Origin: Octopus sinensis
Lineage: Eukaryota
Assembly: GCF_006345805.1 (NCBI RefSeq)
Contig: NC_043003.1
Location: 5,022,001-5,086,000, forward strand
DNA length: 64,000 bases
Reading direction: 5' to 3'
Shown: positions 1-13,389 of the stretch, one piece after another
How the letters are laid out: each line of letters begins with the position of its first letter
Numbering within the stretch: position 1 is the first letter of the stretch
The notes under the pieces: generated by a model
Database searches by the model: none
Told to the model about the DNA's origin: nothing
The model's input: the letters and a program-made list of their open reading frames with translations, nothing else
Position numbers and translations under genes: made by a program

Positions 1-601
1 TTTCTTTCTGTGCATGTTATGTTAACGATATCTGGCTACTGGCAGCAGGTTGAAACTGAACTGGTAAGAGTAGTTTAGTGTTGCACGCGATATGCAACAT
101 CAAGCCGACCATGATTTCACAACAAATATCTTAAACTCAATTAAATTCTTGTGATCTATACCTCGCCCTCTTTACTAACCAGTGTTCTGACAACATATCA
201 AGAGATATTTTACAAAGACAGCTGAGTTTCAAAAGCTCCTTTTTTGGTACATAATCTCTTTTTGACTCAAATCAGTTGATCTTTATTAATCAACTTTTTA
301 ATCTTTACAGATGATTGATAAAGATTCCCTCCTAGATTCAGTTTAATCAGGCGTGATCTTTCCTATAAAAAGGAAGTAAGGTGTTGGAATGTAATCTTCT
401 TGTGGGTCGCTTTTTCTTAGTTTATCTCTAGAGTGACAAACTTTGTGATATATACGCATTTTCCAAAGATATGTTTACCGATAACATAACACCAAGGTCC
501 GGGATTATTTCACTTAAATTTACATTTATATATATATATATATATGTATCATGTATTCAGATTACACTATATTCTCCAACTATCTAGCTATCTACTCCTC
601 T

Positions 602-666
<65 letters not shown>

Positions 667-667
667 T

Positions 668-715
<48 letters not shown>

Positions 716-1009
716 TATATTATATGTATGTCGAGAAGTCCTGATATCATTCTGATTTCTATTTGTTTGCACTGAGAGCCATTCCAAGGAAAATATTATG
801 GGAGATGTGGAGCGTCACAGTGAGATTACAAATAGAGAAAGAGAGAGAGAGATAGAAAGAGAGAGAGAATGATAGGTCTTAATTACTGGTATCCGCAGAA
901 AGCAGCTGATGTTATCCCTCAAACAACCAAATACACGCGACCATAATCGTATAACGGAAAACGTTTTATTACAGGTGCGCAAATGATCTTAGAATCCAAA
1001 TTCTTATTG

Positions 1010-1212
1010 ACTTCAAATTTTGGAAGAAGTCCCAAAATTTCAAGGGAGGAGGTAAGTCGATTCCATCCATCCCAGTACTCAACTGGTTACCTATTTTATC
1101 GACCCTGAGAAGGTGAAAGACAAAGTGGACCTCGGCGGAATTAGGGTTAGGGTGCCGCTGAGTATTTTGTTTTGTGTTCTAACAATGCGACCAGCTCGCC
1201 GTTTTAGCAGCC
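1010..1212 (-). mobile_element. tRNA-derived SINE, family A (Meta/MESC-like central domain), diverged copy
   Basis: Reverse complement of the family motif (...ccgccgaggtccactttgtctttcaccttctcagggtcgataaaatag...) repeated across the window. Confidence 0.75.
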
Positions 1213-1733
1213 ACATTAATATTATCCCTGGACCGAGGTCTTCTACACCACAACCCCTACCAAAACTAATTATAAAGCACATAATCACATAAATATTTTG
1301 AGATATAATATATATATATATATATATGTACATACATACACGCACAGATGAATAACTGCAAAGATGCACACATTCATATGTGTACACCCACCCACACATA
1401 CATACATATATGTATATATATACATATATATATATACACACATATATATACATATATATATATACATATATATACATACACATATATATATACATATATT
1501 TATATATATATATACACATATATATACATATATTTATATTTATATAAATATATATATACACATTACATACATATATTTATATATATATATATATATACAC
1601 ATATATATACATATATGTACACATATATGTAGATATATGTACATATATATACATATATGTACGTATATATATATATATATATAATTATATATATATATAT
1701 ATATTATATATAATATATATATAATTATATATT

Positions 1734-1776
<43 letters not shown>

Positions 1777-2330
1777 GTATGTATACAGGTGTATATATAT
1801 AGTTGTGCATGAGTGTGCTATGTAAATGTCTGTGTGTGTGTGTGCCTGTGCATGTGTCTTTATACATATAAAGATATTCAAAGACACATCTATGTGTATT
1901 ACTTAATTCGATATTCTTTTCCTTTCAATCTCATCAGATCGTCTGTCTATCTGGGAATCTCTTTATAGTTTATTAACATTAATATAGATATTAATATTAA
2001 TGATAAAATAAATATAAAGGCTTGTTTGATGTTGTCCTGTTTGTGTTTTTTTCTTACACCGTTGACGCATTGCATCACATTCACGTCCTGGACAGTCTTG
2101 GACAGTTTAACGAAATTGTTACTAATTATAATATACATGACTGTCTTACTTCACATTGGTAAATATTATATTACTTTAACAGATAATTATAATGCGTTAC
2201 TGAATCCTTTATACATAAAGATATACATGCATATGTATAAATGTTATCATTGATTATTTCTGTCGGAATTAGGACGGTACTCCAATCACCATACTGGAAA
2301 ATTGTGCCCATATCTAGGGTGGTATTACTA

Positions 2331-2558
2331 AGGCGGCGAGCTGTCAGAATCGTTAGCACGGCGGGCGAAATGCTTAATCGTATTTCGTCTGCCGTTACGT
2401 TCTGAGTTCAAATTCCGCCGAGGTCAACTTTGCCTTTCATCCTTTCGGGGTCGATTAAATAAGTACCAGTTATGCACTGGAGTCGATATAATCGACTTAA
2501 TCCGTTTGTCTGTCCTTGTTTATCCTCTCTGTGTTTAGCCCCTTGTGGGTAAGAAATA
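2331..2558 (+). mobile_element. SINE family A, full length
   Basis: ggcggcgagctg head with A-box-like segment and B box GAGTTCAAATTCC; central gcctttcatcctttcggggtcgat; tail gtgggt-aagaaata; flanked by a 55-bp direct repeat. Confidence 0.9.
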
Positions 2559-2745
2559 GGTACTACAATCACCATACTGGACAATTGTCCCCATATCTAG
2601 GGTGGTATTACTACTAGAGCTATCATAGCTGTGGGTGGGCTATTCTTCATATAGCTATCACAATAGAATGTCTTCAGTATCCTGGATAGAGATGCAACTA
2701 TGCCGACCACCACAGAAATATTGCTCCAGTATATTTTACATGCCA

Positions 2746-2985
2746 AAAGGCAGAAACGAGCTGGCAGAACCATTAGCACGCCGGGCGAAATGCGTAGCCG
2801 TATTTCGTCTGACGTTACGTTCTGGGTTCAAATTCCGCCGAGGTCAACTTTGCCTTTCATCCTTTCGGGGGTCGATAAATTAAGTACCAGTTACGCACTG
2901 GGGACGATGTAATCGACTTAACCCGTTTGTCTGTCCTTGTTTGCCCTCTCTGTGTTTAGACCCTTGTGGGTAGTAAAGAAATATA
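2746..2985 (+). mobile_element. SINE family A, full length
   Basis: Same head, body and tail; target-site duplication tattttacatgcca / tttttacatgcca on the two sides. Confidence 0.9.
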
Positions 2986-4772
2986 TATTTTACATGCCAC
3001 ATGGTCACGGTCAATGAGGAGGTATCTTCTGGAGATGGGGACTGATGGGGCCTGATAGAGGACCCGGCAATATACCGACAGATGGTGAATGCAGCATCGG
3101 CACATGCCTCCATACTTGGCCTGATATTGTTCGGTGCAGAACTGCACTCATCACAATGAATATTTTTTCACATCTGGGACGTTAGCGTTGTGATACCAAG
3201 TGACTTCTGGTCAACCCCACCCCTCCAAAGGTGCCTAATTTGTTTGACATAGGATCGTCTACCAGCACACCACTTTTACTGCCACATTATTCTGCTTTCA
3301 CTAATAGAGAAACAGTGCCAGGGATTCAAAACGCCAGCCTTCTCAGATATAGCGATTCCAATTGAGGTTTATATTAAGTTTACATGTGTCTGTAGAATCT
3401 TCAACCACTTTCACTATAATACAACGGGTAGGAAAATTCAGTTGATGGAACAAAAGAATTACTCTTGGACACAGATGACTGAGATCCGCCTAGTTTATTC
3501 GCCACCCAGTAGGTTGTACCCTTTATTGAGAGCTAAGTAGGACTTTAGGGATATTTAACTAGTATGTCTAGCAGGTGGCCTGACCAGTAGAGATTTCAGG
3601 ACACTCCTCGACTGTGTTTCTGCGAATGTCAACTACCAGATAGAGAATTTCTCAATCAAATGCGCATATCTCGACCATGAAAGTCCCACGCAGTCCCGTA
3701 TTTATGAGGATTATGAGAAACACCTCTTTCTGACCGAAACATCACAAAGAAGATACATTTGACATTTATAATTGTGGACTATTGTATTTCAATCGAAAAC
3801 TCACTGCGGTAGGTTCTAACTTCAACATTTCAATCATTTACTCAGTTCCATCCCTGAATTCTATTCCCCAAAGACTGTGTCTTTGAATCCTTCCCTATCT
3901 CAGTGTTGGCAGGACCATATATAATTTCGCTCTAAGCAGTTTTAAGAACGAATTCTATACATTTTTTTATCAATGTAAATTTATAAATATAAAAATAAAT
4001 TTTTTGATATATTTTCCATAATTATTTCTAAACAAAGGCACCGTTGTTTTAAAGGGTTTTCAATGAATCAAACATTGATGTACTGCATTTCTCCTAGCGA
4101 GAGCGACAAAGTGGCCCCTTCCTGTTGTTATGAAAACCCGATTATATTTGAAGCGCCGTTGTTCAAAAATGATGTAATCATAGCAATAATTCCTTCAAAT
4201 TTTGGTACAGGACCAGCAGTTTTAAAGAAGGAGATAAGGGGAATAGAGCGAGCCCATTGTGCTGCTGGTACTTTATTTCATGACCCCTGTTAGAGTAAAA
4301 GGCAAAGTCTATCTCCGCGAGACTCGGACTGAGTTAGTATGTTACCGTTGATAAGAATATAGTAATTTTCTTTTCTGTAATGTAGACTTGGCCGTGTAGA
4401 TATTAAAGAATTGCAGCCGGTTTCTCTAATATAGAAGATATAAAACTCTACTGTATTGCTTTTTTATTTCCCTCCTGTCAATTTTGACAAGATGAAGAAA
4501 AACAGTCCGAAACGTTACATACTCTATTTCACTTTCTGTCGCTGTTTCCAAATAATACAAAACATTCTGAAGAACCACACCAACCGCCTTCGATTCATTC
4601 TCATCTAATTCACTCTGAGTTGGGAATGTTTTAAACACTCGTAAAGATATGTTTAACTTGCCATCTGTTCGGCATCATGTGGCGATGCTTCCTTTACGGA
4701 GCAGTTAAATATGCTACATTTCTGGGCTGTATATTTTATTAAATATAAAACACACACACTCACACATATATA

Positions 4773-4858
<86 letters not shown>

Positions 4859-5786
4859 CAGTACCTAAAGTACGTAAATAAATTCATATGTATGTGTGTG
4901 TGTGAGTGTATATATATATATATTTGTGCGTATGTATGCATTCAGCCATCTCTATGCTATCAAAACATATGTGTATATTGATATAATAATTACTTCGCTA
5001 CAATGTACATTATGGTTATTTTTAATGTGTATTAACGATCAGAACAGATAATGGTTAAAAGTCTTGAAGAATACTGAAATCGGAATAAGAGATGATATAT
5101 AAAGAAATCTGCACAAGAATTGCGCAATAAAAGGACGATTTAACATTATTATTATTATTATTATTATTAGCATCATCATTATTATTTTTATTATTATTAT
5201 TATCATCATTATTATTATTGATCGATATGGAGGAAATGTGTTTATTATGTACTCTCTTTTCTGTTTGTGATTGGTTGTGTGTGTGTGTGAAGTGTGTGTG
5301 TGTGTGAAGTGTATGTGTGTGTGTCTATTTTGGTCTCTGCAATGTGAGTGTGAAAGTGTGTGTATGTATGTGTATATATATGCATGTGTCTGTGTGTGTA
5401 TTTATATATAGATATGTATGTGTATATATATATATATATGCGTGTATCTGTGTGTGTATTTATATATAGATATGTATGTGCGTATGTATGTACATATGTG
5501 TGAGTGAGTGGAAATAGTTGTGCATATGGTTCTATACGTGTATATGTTTATGTCTGAATGTGTGTATGTGAGTGTATATATGTGATTCTCTGTTTGTGTA
5601 GGTGTGTGATCGTACAAATGTGTCTAAGTGCATGCGATAAAGTTTTCAATACACACATATATACATCACATTGACATTTATGTGTATATGTTCTGTGTAT
5701 ATGCATATGTGTGTGTGTGTTTATATAAGTGCTTGAGTGATTGTGTACATGTAATCATTTTTGCATATATGTATATACATATCGTT

Positions 5787-6165
5787 CTTTTATCTTTTAC
5801 ACGTCTCTGATATTAGTTTGTGGCCATACTGGGGCACCTGCTTCAAGAATGTTTTGTCGGAAGAGTCGGTACTTATATTTTTTTAATGTTTAAAGTCTGG
5901 TACATTTCTAGCAGAACTGCTAGATTACGGGGACATAAGCACACCAACACCGGCTGCTAAGCAGTGGTGAGCAACAAGCTCAGACACAAAGTCCTACACA
6001 CACATATACGAAGGGCTTCTTTCAGTTTCCGTCTACGCGATGCCGGCAAAAGTCTTTAGTCAGCCCAAGGCTAAGGTAAAAATCACACTGCCATGCAGTG
6101 GGACTGAACTCGGTAGCTTGTGGTTGGGAAACATACTTCTTGCCACACAGCCGCACCTACGCCTC
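5787..6165 (-). mobile_element. tRNA-derived SINE family B, diverged
   Basis: Similar to the copy at 38650-39087 (cttctttcagtttccgtctac; gcagtgggactgaac; ccacacagcc). Confidence 0.75.
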
Positions 6166-6626
6166 TTCCATGTAACTATAGGTATGTAGTTGCCCATGTG
6201 AATATACAATTGTCAGTATGTATACATAATTGTACATTTGATTGTGTATATGTGAATGTTTATATATGAAGGTGGTGTGTATACGATTACATCTGAGAGA
6301 GTATATTCCATATACGCATTTTCCAATGTGAAGGAGTATATGAATATGTATGTATATGCCTACTGTTGTGTCGCATGTGTCTAAATGAATGATTATCATG
6401 TATGTATATGCATATAATTGTACTCTATGCAAATCGTTGTATTAGGTGGGTGTATGCATATGGTTGCGTTATATGTATATATACACGCACACACACTTAT
6501 GTATGTATGTATGTTTATATATATATATATATATATATATACACTCACACACACTTATGTATGTATGTATGTTTATATATATATATATATATATATACAC
6601 GCACACACACTTATGTATGTATGTAT

Positions 6627-6669
<43 letters not shown>

Positions 6670-6698
6670 GTATGTATGTATATATATATATATATATA

Positions 6699-7480
6699 AG
6701 CGGCGTATTCATTAGTAATATTATACAATCGTTTTGAACTGAAATTGATGTATTTTAAAAATATGTTTTTCACTAAAATGTGTTTACATCGTGGCTAGGA
6801 TTCTGCATACACTGTGACGGCAGATTCTTCATATACGCCCGTGTGCTGGTGTGCGCTTGGACATCTGTACGTAAACATCTGCATGTTTGTATGTATATAT
6901 ATATATGTGTGTGTGTGTGTTTAAATGCGTACGTATGCATACCAATAAGTATACATATAGAGAGAGGCACACACACACATATATATACATATATATGTAC
7001 GTACGTATGTCTCTATCTATATGAACATGCGTGTATATATATATGTATATATATATATGTATGTATGTATATAATATATATGTATGTATATATATATTGT
7101 ATGTATGTATATATATTATATATATATATAAGCGGCGTATTCATTAGTAATATTATACAATCGTTTTGAACTGAAATTGATGTATTTTAAAAATATGTTT
7201 TTCACTAAAATGTGTTTACATCGTGGCTAGGATTCTGCATACACTGTGACGGCAGATTCTTCATATACGCCCGTGTGCTGGTGTGCGCTTGGACATCTGT
7301 ACGTAAACATCTGCATGTTTGTATGTATATATATATATGTGTGTGTGTGTGTTTAAATGCGTACGTATGCATACCAATAAGTATACATATAGAGAGAGGC
7401 ACACACACACATATATATACATATATATGTACGTACGTATGTCTCTATCTATATGAACATGCGTGTATATATATGTATAT
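6699..7480. repeat. Tandem duplication, 432-bp period
   Basis: agcggcgtattcattagtaatattatac...gaacatgcgtgta occurs at 6699 and 7131, apparently identical and bounded by (TA)n. Confidence 0.95.
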
Positions 7481-8384
7481 ATATATATATGTATGTGTAT
7501 ATATATATATATGTATGTATATATATATATGTATGTATATATATATATATGTATGTATATATATATGTATGTGTATATATATATATATATGTATGTATGT
7601 GTATATATATATATATTATATATATATATATATAAATATGTGTATGTATATATATGTATATATATATATATGTATGTGTATATATATGTATATATATATA
7701 TGAAACAGTTTTGTGCCTAATAATCTCATGATTGTTTAATATAAAACAAAACAATCTTAATGAAATAATAGAACAAATACATCACGATGATGATGATGAT
7801 GATGAAAATGATGATGAAATGATGATGATGATGATGATGATGATGGTGGTGATGATGGTGGTGATTGTGATGTTAACAGCATTATTAACTGTCTCGTATT
7901 TCCAGAAAACTTTTGAAATGTCTCTTTTCAATGTGAAATTCGATTCGTCGATTGTTTATTTTCAAAAGCATTAAATCATAACAACCGTGATTGCTCTCCT
8001 AATGACTTTTTAACGAAACAGGCCAATAAGTGGGGAGCGCACGATGCTCCACTCTATTTGCTGGTAGTAGTAACCAAATCTCCATCTAACGTAAGAAGGA
8101 TGAAGATATTTTTCATTCAGGATATCCTTAGGGCATTATCCAACGGGGCCTGAATTAGCCGTAAGTTGCTATGATGGGTTGATGGAGGTGAGAGAAGTTT
8201 GGCTGTTAGTTGCAGCAGGTCAAGAAACCACACAGATGCTGTCCTATTTTTTTGTGGGAGAATGAAATGGAGAGAAAGAAAGAGATGGATAAAGTGGGAG
8301 AGAGAGAAAGAGGGGCGGTGACATAGTTAGAAACTCTAACCTCAGGCTATGGAATGAACCCCAACGACGAAGGACCTTTTAGAC

Positions 8385-8674
8385 CAGTAGTCCTCAACAG
8401 GGGCCCATATGATCCACTGGTGGGGTCATATGATGCTTTGGGGATCATCATATGATCCCTTAGGTTTCCATGTAACCTTTGCAGGCTCCAGATAAGATTT
8501 TCTTTTTAAAACTTACATAAAATATTTGTGTTTATACATTTCCTAATAATATTTGAATATAAAAGTATTAGGGGAATGTTTTAAACATCAAATATCTAGG
8601 TAGGGTGGGTGTTCCTGCAGAGTAAAATTGGAATCAAAGAGGTCTAGGAGTAAAATAACGGTGGAGAAGCATTG
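8385..8674. mobile_element. hAT/Charlie-like MITE
   Basis: Degenerate TIRs cagtagtcctcaac ... ggtggagaagcattg (Charlie-type CAGTGGTTCTCAAC) with 8-bp TSD-like flanks ttttagac / ctttagag. Confidence 0.6.
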
Positions 8675-8999
8675 CTTTAGAGAATGCAGTTCTAGATAGA
8701 CTATGCCTGAATAAAAAATTGGATGTTCATGCCATCAACATTAGCAGGAAGCACATATTAGAAAATGCATTCCTAGATACACTAGGTCTGAATAAAAATG
8801 CCATGTTCAGGCTGGGAACACTTTTCATAAAAGGCCTGCTCGGGACGTATAGATCAGGGATTACACAACAACAATAACATGAAGAACATATCAGAAATTG
8901 TATTCCAAGATAGGCGATACCCGACTAAAAGTAAATGCAACAATAGCTGGGGCACATTTGGTTATCATGGATCTTTATAAAAGAGAAACGAGGATTATA

Positions 9000-9222
9000 A
9001 TTGGTTTCAAATTTTGGCTCAAGACCAGCACGTTTGGGATGGGGGGTAGTAAGCAAATTACATCGACCCAAGTACTCAGTTGGTACTTCTTTTATCGACC
9101 TTGAAAGGATTAAAAGCAAACTCGACTTCGGCTGCATTTGAACTCAGAACGTAAGGACGGACGAAATGTCGCTAAGCATTTTGCCTCACGTACTAACGAT
9201 TTTGCCACGTCGCCACCTTAAT
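9000..9222 (-). mobile_element. SINE family A, alternative-tail variant
   Basis: Reverse-complement family A body (tttgaactcagaacgtaa; cgccacctta). Confidence 0.8.
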
Positions 9223-9437
9223 GGAGAGTGTAATTAAAATTAAATTGACTCCGGGCATATATGGAGCTGAACATCGAGTAAGTTCTCTAATTACTCCTTG
9301 CTACTCACAATTATTAAAGTACCATTATTAAAATGTATTTCTCCTCATAATCTGATAACTGTGTAGGTCGCGTGACGGGGCGTGGGGTGAGGCATGCTAG
9401 AGAGAAGGATAAAATACTTTGCGGTATTTTCTAGTAA

Positions 9438-9656
9438 AGGCGGCGAGATGGCAGAAATGTTAGCACGCCGGGCGAAATGCGTAGCCGTTAAGTTCTGAGT
9501 TCAAATTCCGCCGAGTTCGACCTTGCCTTTCACCCTTTCGGGGTCGATAAATAAAGTACCAGATACGCACTGGGGTCGATGTAATCGACTTAATCCGTTT
9601 GTTTGACCTTGTTTGTCCCCTCTATGTTTAGCCCCTTGTGGGTAGTAAAGAAATAG
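9438..9656 (+). mobile_element. SINE family A, full length
   Basis: Head ggcggcgagatggcagaa, B box, tail gtgggtagtaaagaaata; ggtatttt on both flanks. Confidence 0.9.
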
Positions 9657-9745
9657 GTATTTTGTGGTTTCGGGGTTCATATCTTGGGATAGCCAATTGC
9701 AATAATACCAGATATATACTAGGACTAGTATAGCTGTGTAGACTA

Positions 9746-9785
<40 letters not shown>

Positions 9786-9884
9786 TCAGTCTGAATATGT
9801 CATTATGCTAATGTAGAAAGTTATAATATGGCGGTGAATCTCTTTATGTGAATCTCTGAGCTACATTGATGACACCATTAGAGA

Positions 9885-11440
9885 AGGATAGGAGAGAGGG
9901 GGAGAGAGTGATAGACAGAATGAGGGAGAGATTGAAAGACGAGAAAGGCAATAATGCGAGACAGAGAAGCGAGTGTGAGGGAAAGAGCGAAGGAGAAAGA
10001 AAGAGAGAGAGGAGGAGGAAGACAAAAAAGGAAGTGTGAGACAGAGAGATTGAGAGAGAGGGGGAAGAGTGACAGACAATAATATGAAGAACATATCAGA
10101 AATTGTATTCCAAGATAGACTGTACCCGACTGAAAGTAAAGCCAACAATGGCTGGAGCACATTTGGTCATCATGGTTCTATATAAAAGAGAAACGAGGAT
10201 TATAATTGGTTTCAAATTTTGGTTTTCAAATTGTGACAGACAGGGAGAGAAGAAGTGAGCGGGAATATTATTGTGTGTGTATGTGTCGGATACACAGAGG
10301 AAAGAGAGTTGGGGAGAAAATATATAAATGGAGAAAGAGAGAGTGGAGAGAGAGAGTGAGAGAGAGAGTGTGTGAGAGAGAGAGGAGGGTGTATGTGTGT
10401 TAGACAGAGATACAGAGAGAGAGAGAGAGAGAGAGAGGAATAATATAACGGAGGCAAAGAGAGAAATATGTTTAAAGTAGAAATATAATTCGATTGGTTG
10501 TTGTTAACTCCAGGATTAACCTGATTGACTAGAGGTCCTCACCGTGACCATCCCGTCTCATTCTCTCCCGAGCAAACTAAACAGCACTATATTATGTCTT
10601 CTTCTCTAAGAGGGCATTGTCTGGGAAGACTTAGCTTCTATGTCTAGCAGTGTGAGCGACATGTGGTGAAGGTGGCAAATTGTAAAGTATAAAGATAGGA
10701 AGTAGTAGTAGTAGTAGTTGCAGGAGGCGGTGGAGGAGGTAGAAGTGGAGGAGGGGGTAGAGAAGGAAGAGGAGGGGTGGAGGAGGGAGAGAAGGGTTAG
10801 GGTGGGAGAGGAAGAAAAATAGGAGAGATGGTGAATGTCAGAGTAAGAAAAAAGAGAGAAAGAAGATGAAGAGTGAAATGAGGGTGATAGTAGGAGGAGT
10901 TGGAAGAGGGAAGGAGATGGAAGTGAGAAAAGAAGAGAGAGAGAGGAGGAGGAGGATATGAGGGGGAGAGAAGAGACTAAGAAGAAGACGAAAATTGGAT
11001 GAGCAGGGAGAGATGAGTTAGAGGCAGACCCTGAAAGGGGTGGGGTGAGAAACAGAATGAGAGGCAACGAGATAGGAGGGGGAGGAGGGAAAGTGTGAGC
11101 GAGAAAGGAGTAGCGAAAGAGAGAGCGAGAGAAAGAGGGAGAGAGAGAGAGAGAAAGAGGGAGATAGAGAGCGAGAGAGAGAGAAAGAGAGAGAGAGTGA
11201 GAAAGAGTGAGAGAGAGAATTAGAGAATTAGAGAGAGAGGAGGGGGGGGGGGAGTGTATGAGAGAGAGGGAGAGAGGGCGTGAGAGTGAGAGAGAGAGAG
11301 GAAGCAAGATATAGTGATTGAAAGACAGTGAGAGACAGAGAGAATGAGAGAGAGAGTGAGAGAGAGAATGAGAGAGCGAGAGGGAGAGAGAGAGCGAGAG
11401 AGAGCTAGAGAGAGAGAATGAAGAGAGAGAGAGAGAGAGA
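9885..11440 (+). repeat. Polypurine (GA/GGA-rich) low-complexity tract
   Basis: Long, strongly strand-asymmetric G/A runs including (GA)n. Confidence 0.9.
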
Positions 11441-12599
11441 GGTGTAGTGTGTGAGTGTTATCCGTGGGCCAATTTTGTTTCCCTTCGTCAATTGTTTGTC
11501 CATTAACACCGTTTTAACATTTCATAATATTCCAATTAACGTGAGTTGTAATTAAATTTTAATGAAGCCACTTGCAATTAGCAGGTTGAGCAGTACTGCA
11601 CAGTGTGTCATTAATATTTTATAAACAGGTAGATGCCTGCACCGATAGGTGGCGTTGTGAGGGCCTCAAAGCATCTAAAATATATATGAACAGCGTTCCT
11701 AAACAGACACGTGCCAACACATACGCAGACACGCATACACACACACATACAGATATAAACACACAACCACACACACACACACATATACAAGGGCAGGGAA
11801 ACACACTAACACACACGTATGTAATGAATGCGCGTATGTACGTATATAACGAAACATGAGCACGTACACACACACACACAGGCACATACACACACACAGA
11901 GGCACTCACACACATACTTAGACGCAGACTTGTGCTGGTGGATCCTCCGCCGGTGCCTACGGTGAGTATTCAAGTGTTTGATTACCTGAATTCCGACGCG
12001 TATAATTAGCACTTAAGTGGCTGAATACACCGTAGACATACATGTACGTTTAAAGTAATTCTGAAGCAGAGCCAGTGTCACGCAATGTGAAAAAGGCTGG
12101 AAATTTGAATGACAAGAACATTCCACAGACAGAAAAACGTAGGTGGGGGGGAGAAGGAAAGAGAGAAAGGGAGAGAGAGAGGGGGATGGATGGAGAAAGA
12201 GTGTGTGATAGAGGGAAATGGGAGAGAGGAGTGCGCGAGACGAAAAGACATGGAGAAAGAAAGAAAGAAAGAAAGAAGAGGAGGGAAAAGGAGGAGAACG
12301 AGCAGATGAAGAGAATCGGACCCAGTACTTACTAGTATATATTCTATTGACCCCATAAAGGTGAAAGGCAAAATTGACCTTGGCGAGGTTTGACCTCACA
12401 AAGTTATGAGCGAGAAGTCAACGAACCTTAGGTAAGGTTGATAGGCGTTATACCTATTTTCTTTCTTCAATGAAGAACATGGAATATTTAGTTGCTAGAA
12501 ATAGTGAGAAATTTCGCTAGCGCCGTAGTGGATAGCTTAATTTGCAGAGCCTTGCTTCAGATGAAAGTCATTAACTAAACGAATGACTTGAATTAGAAG

Positions 12600-12850
12600 G
12601 AAATGTATACGTTATTCACATTCGACGGGTATTTATCCTCGTCTTGTTTCTTATTCACAACGTTTCGGCTGATATACCCTCCAGCCTTCATCAGGTGTCT
12701 TGGAGAAATTTCGAACCTGAGTTCTCATTCCTAAGGCATTTTTCGCTGTTGTTGTTATTATTATTATTATTTAGGTCACTGTGTGGAATCGAACTCGGAA
12801 TCTTAGGGTTAGTAGCCCGCGCTCGTAACCGCTACGCCATATGACGTGGG
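12600..12850 (-). mobile_element. tRNA-headed SINE-like element with a hammerhead motif in its 3' part
   Basis: Minus strand: tggcgtagcggtt (A box) ... gagttcgattcc (B box), (TAA)n spacer, then the hammerhead motif. Confidence 0.7.
12656..12697 (-). ncRNA. Minimal type I hammerhead ribozyme motif
   Basis: cac-CTGATGA-a-GGCTG(gagggtatat)CAGCC-GAAA-CG-TT-gtg; loopless palindromic stem III (AACGTT) as in dimer-active Penelope-type hammerheads. Confidence 0.7.
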
Positions 12851-12934
12851 CATATGTATGTATATGACTGACCGCTAGATCCACAAGTTTTTTTTTTTTA
12901 TTTATTCTCTCTCTGTGTTTATTTCCTCATGTTC

Positions 12935-12972
12935 CTTTCTGTTGAAGAGCGTAGTCTCGAAATATAAAAGAC
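12935..12972 (+). ncRNA. Degenerate hammerhead-like motif
   Basis: cttt-CTGTTGA-a-GAG(cgtagt)CTC-GAAA-tata-aaag; core A6 and stem III altered. Confidence 0.35.
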
Positions 12973-13389
12973 TTTCTCACCTTCCCGAGCATCGAATTAA
13001 TACACCTGATTGTTGTTTATACACCTTTCTTCGTTATTTTGTTTTTCTGTAAAGTTCAACTATGCATGTGAGTGAGTGAGTGAGAGTGTGTCTGTGTGTG
13101 TGTGTGTGTGTGTCTGTGTGTGTGTGTGTGTGTCTGTGTGTGTGTGTGTGTCTGTGTGTGAGTCTGTGTGTGTCTCTGTGTGTGTCTCTGTGTGTGTCTC
13201 TGTGTGTGTCTCTGTGTGTGTGTCTGTGTGTTTCTGTGTGTTTTTGTGTTTCTGACAGCCCTGGCTTATCCAGGTTGCCACATAGTCTTATACTCACAAA
13301 ACCGAGTACATCAATTATTATAGTTATGAACGTGAATTATTTTCTGGTTATTGAAGCTGGAGAATTTGTATGTTATATTTACACTTGAC

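Larger units (their letters stand above)
8879..10222. repeat. ~140-bp dispersed direct repeat (8879-9017 and 10083-10222)
   Basis: atgaagaacatatcagaaattgtattcc...ggattataattggtttcaaattttgg present twice with scattered mismatches. Confidence 0.9.

Noticed and set aside
1890-1945. CTGATGA...GAAT hammerhead-like motif (-)
   Set aside because: GAAA is broken and stems I and III do not pair
4426-4730. Possible exon or THAP-like remnant (KCSIFNC...VFKTFP)
   Set aside because: Needs a frameshift, acceptor lacks a pyrimidine tract, and motifs are too weak
10606-11307. 233-aa Ser/Leu-rich ORF
   Set aside because: Antisense reading of a polypurine tract
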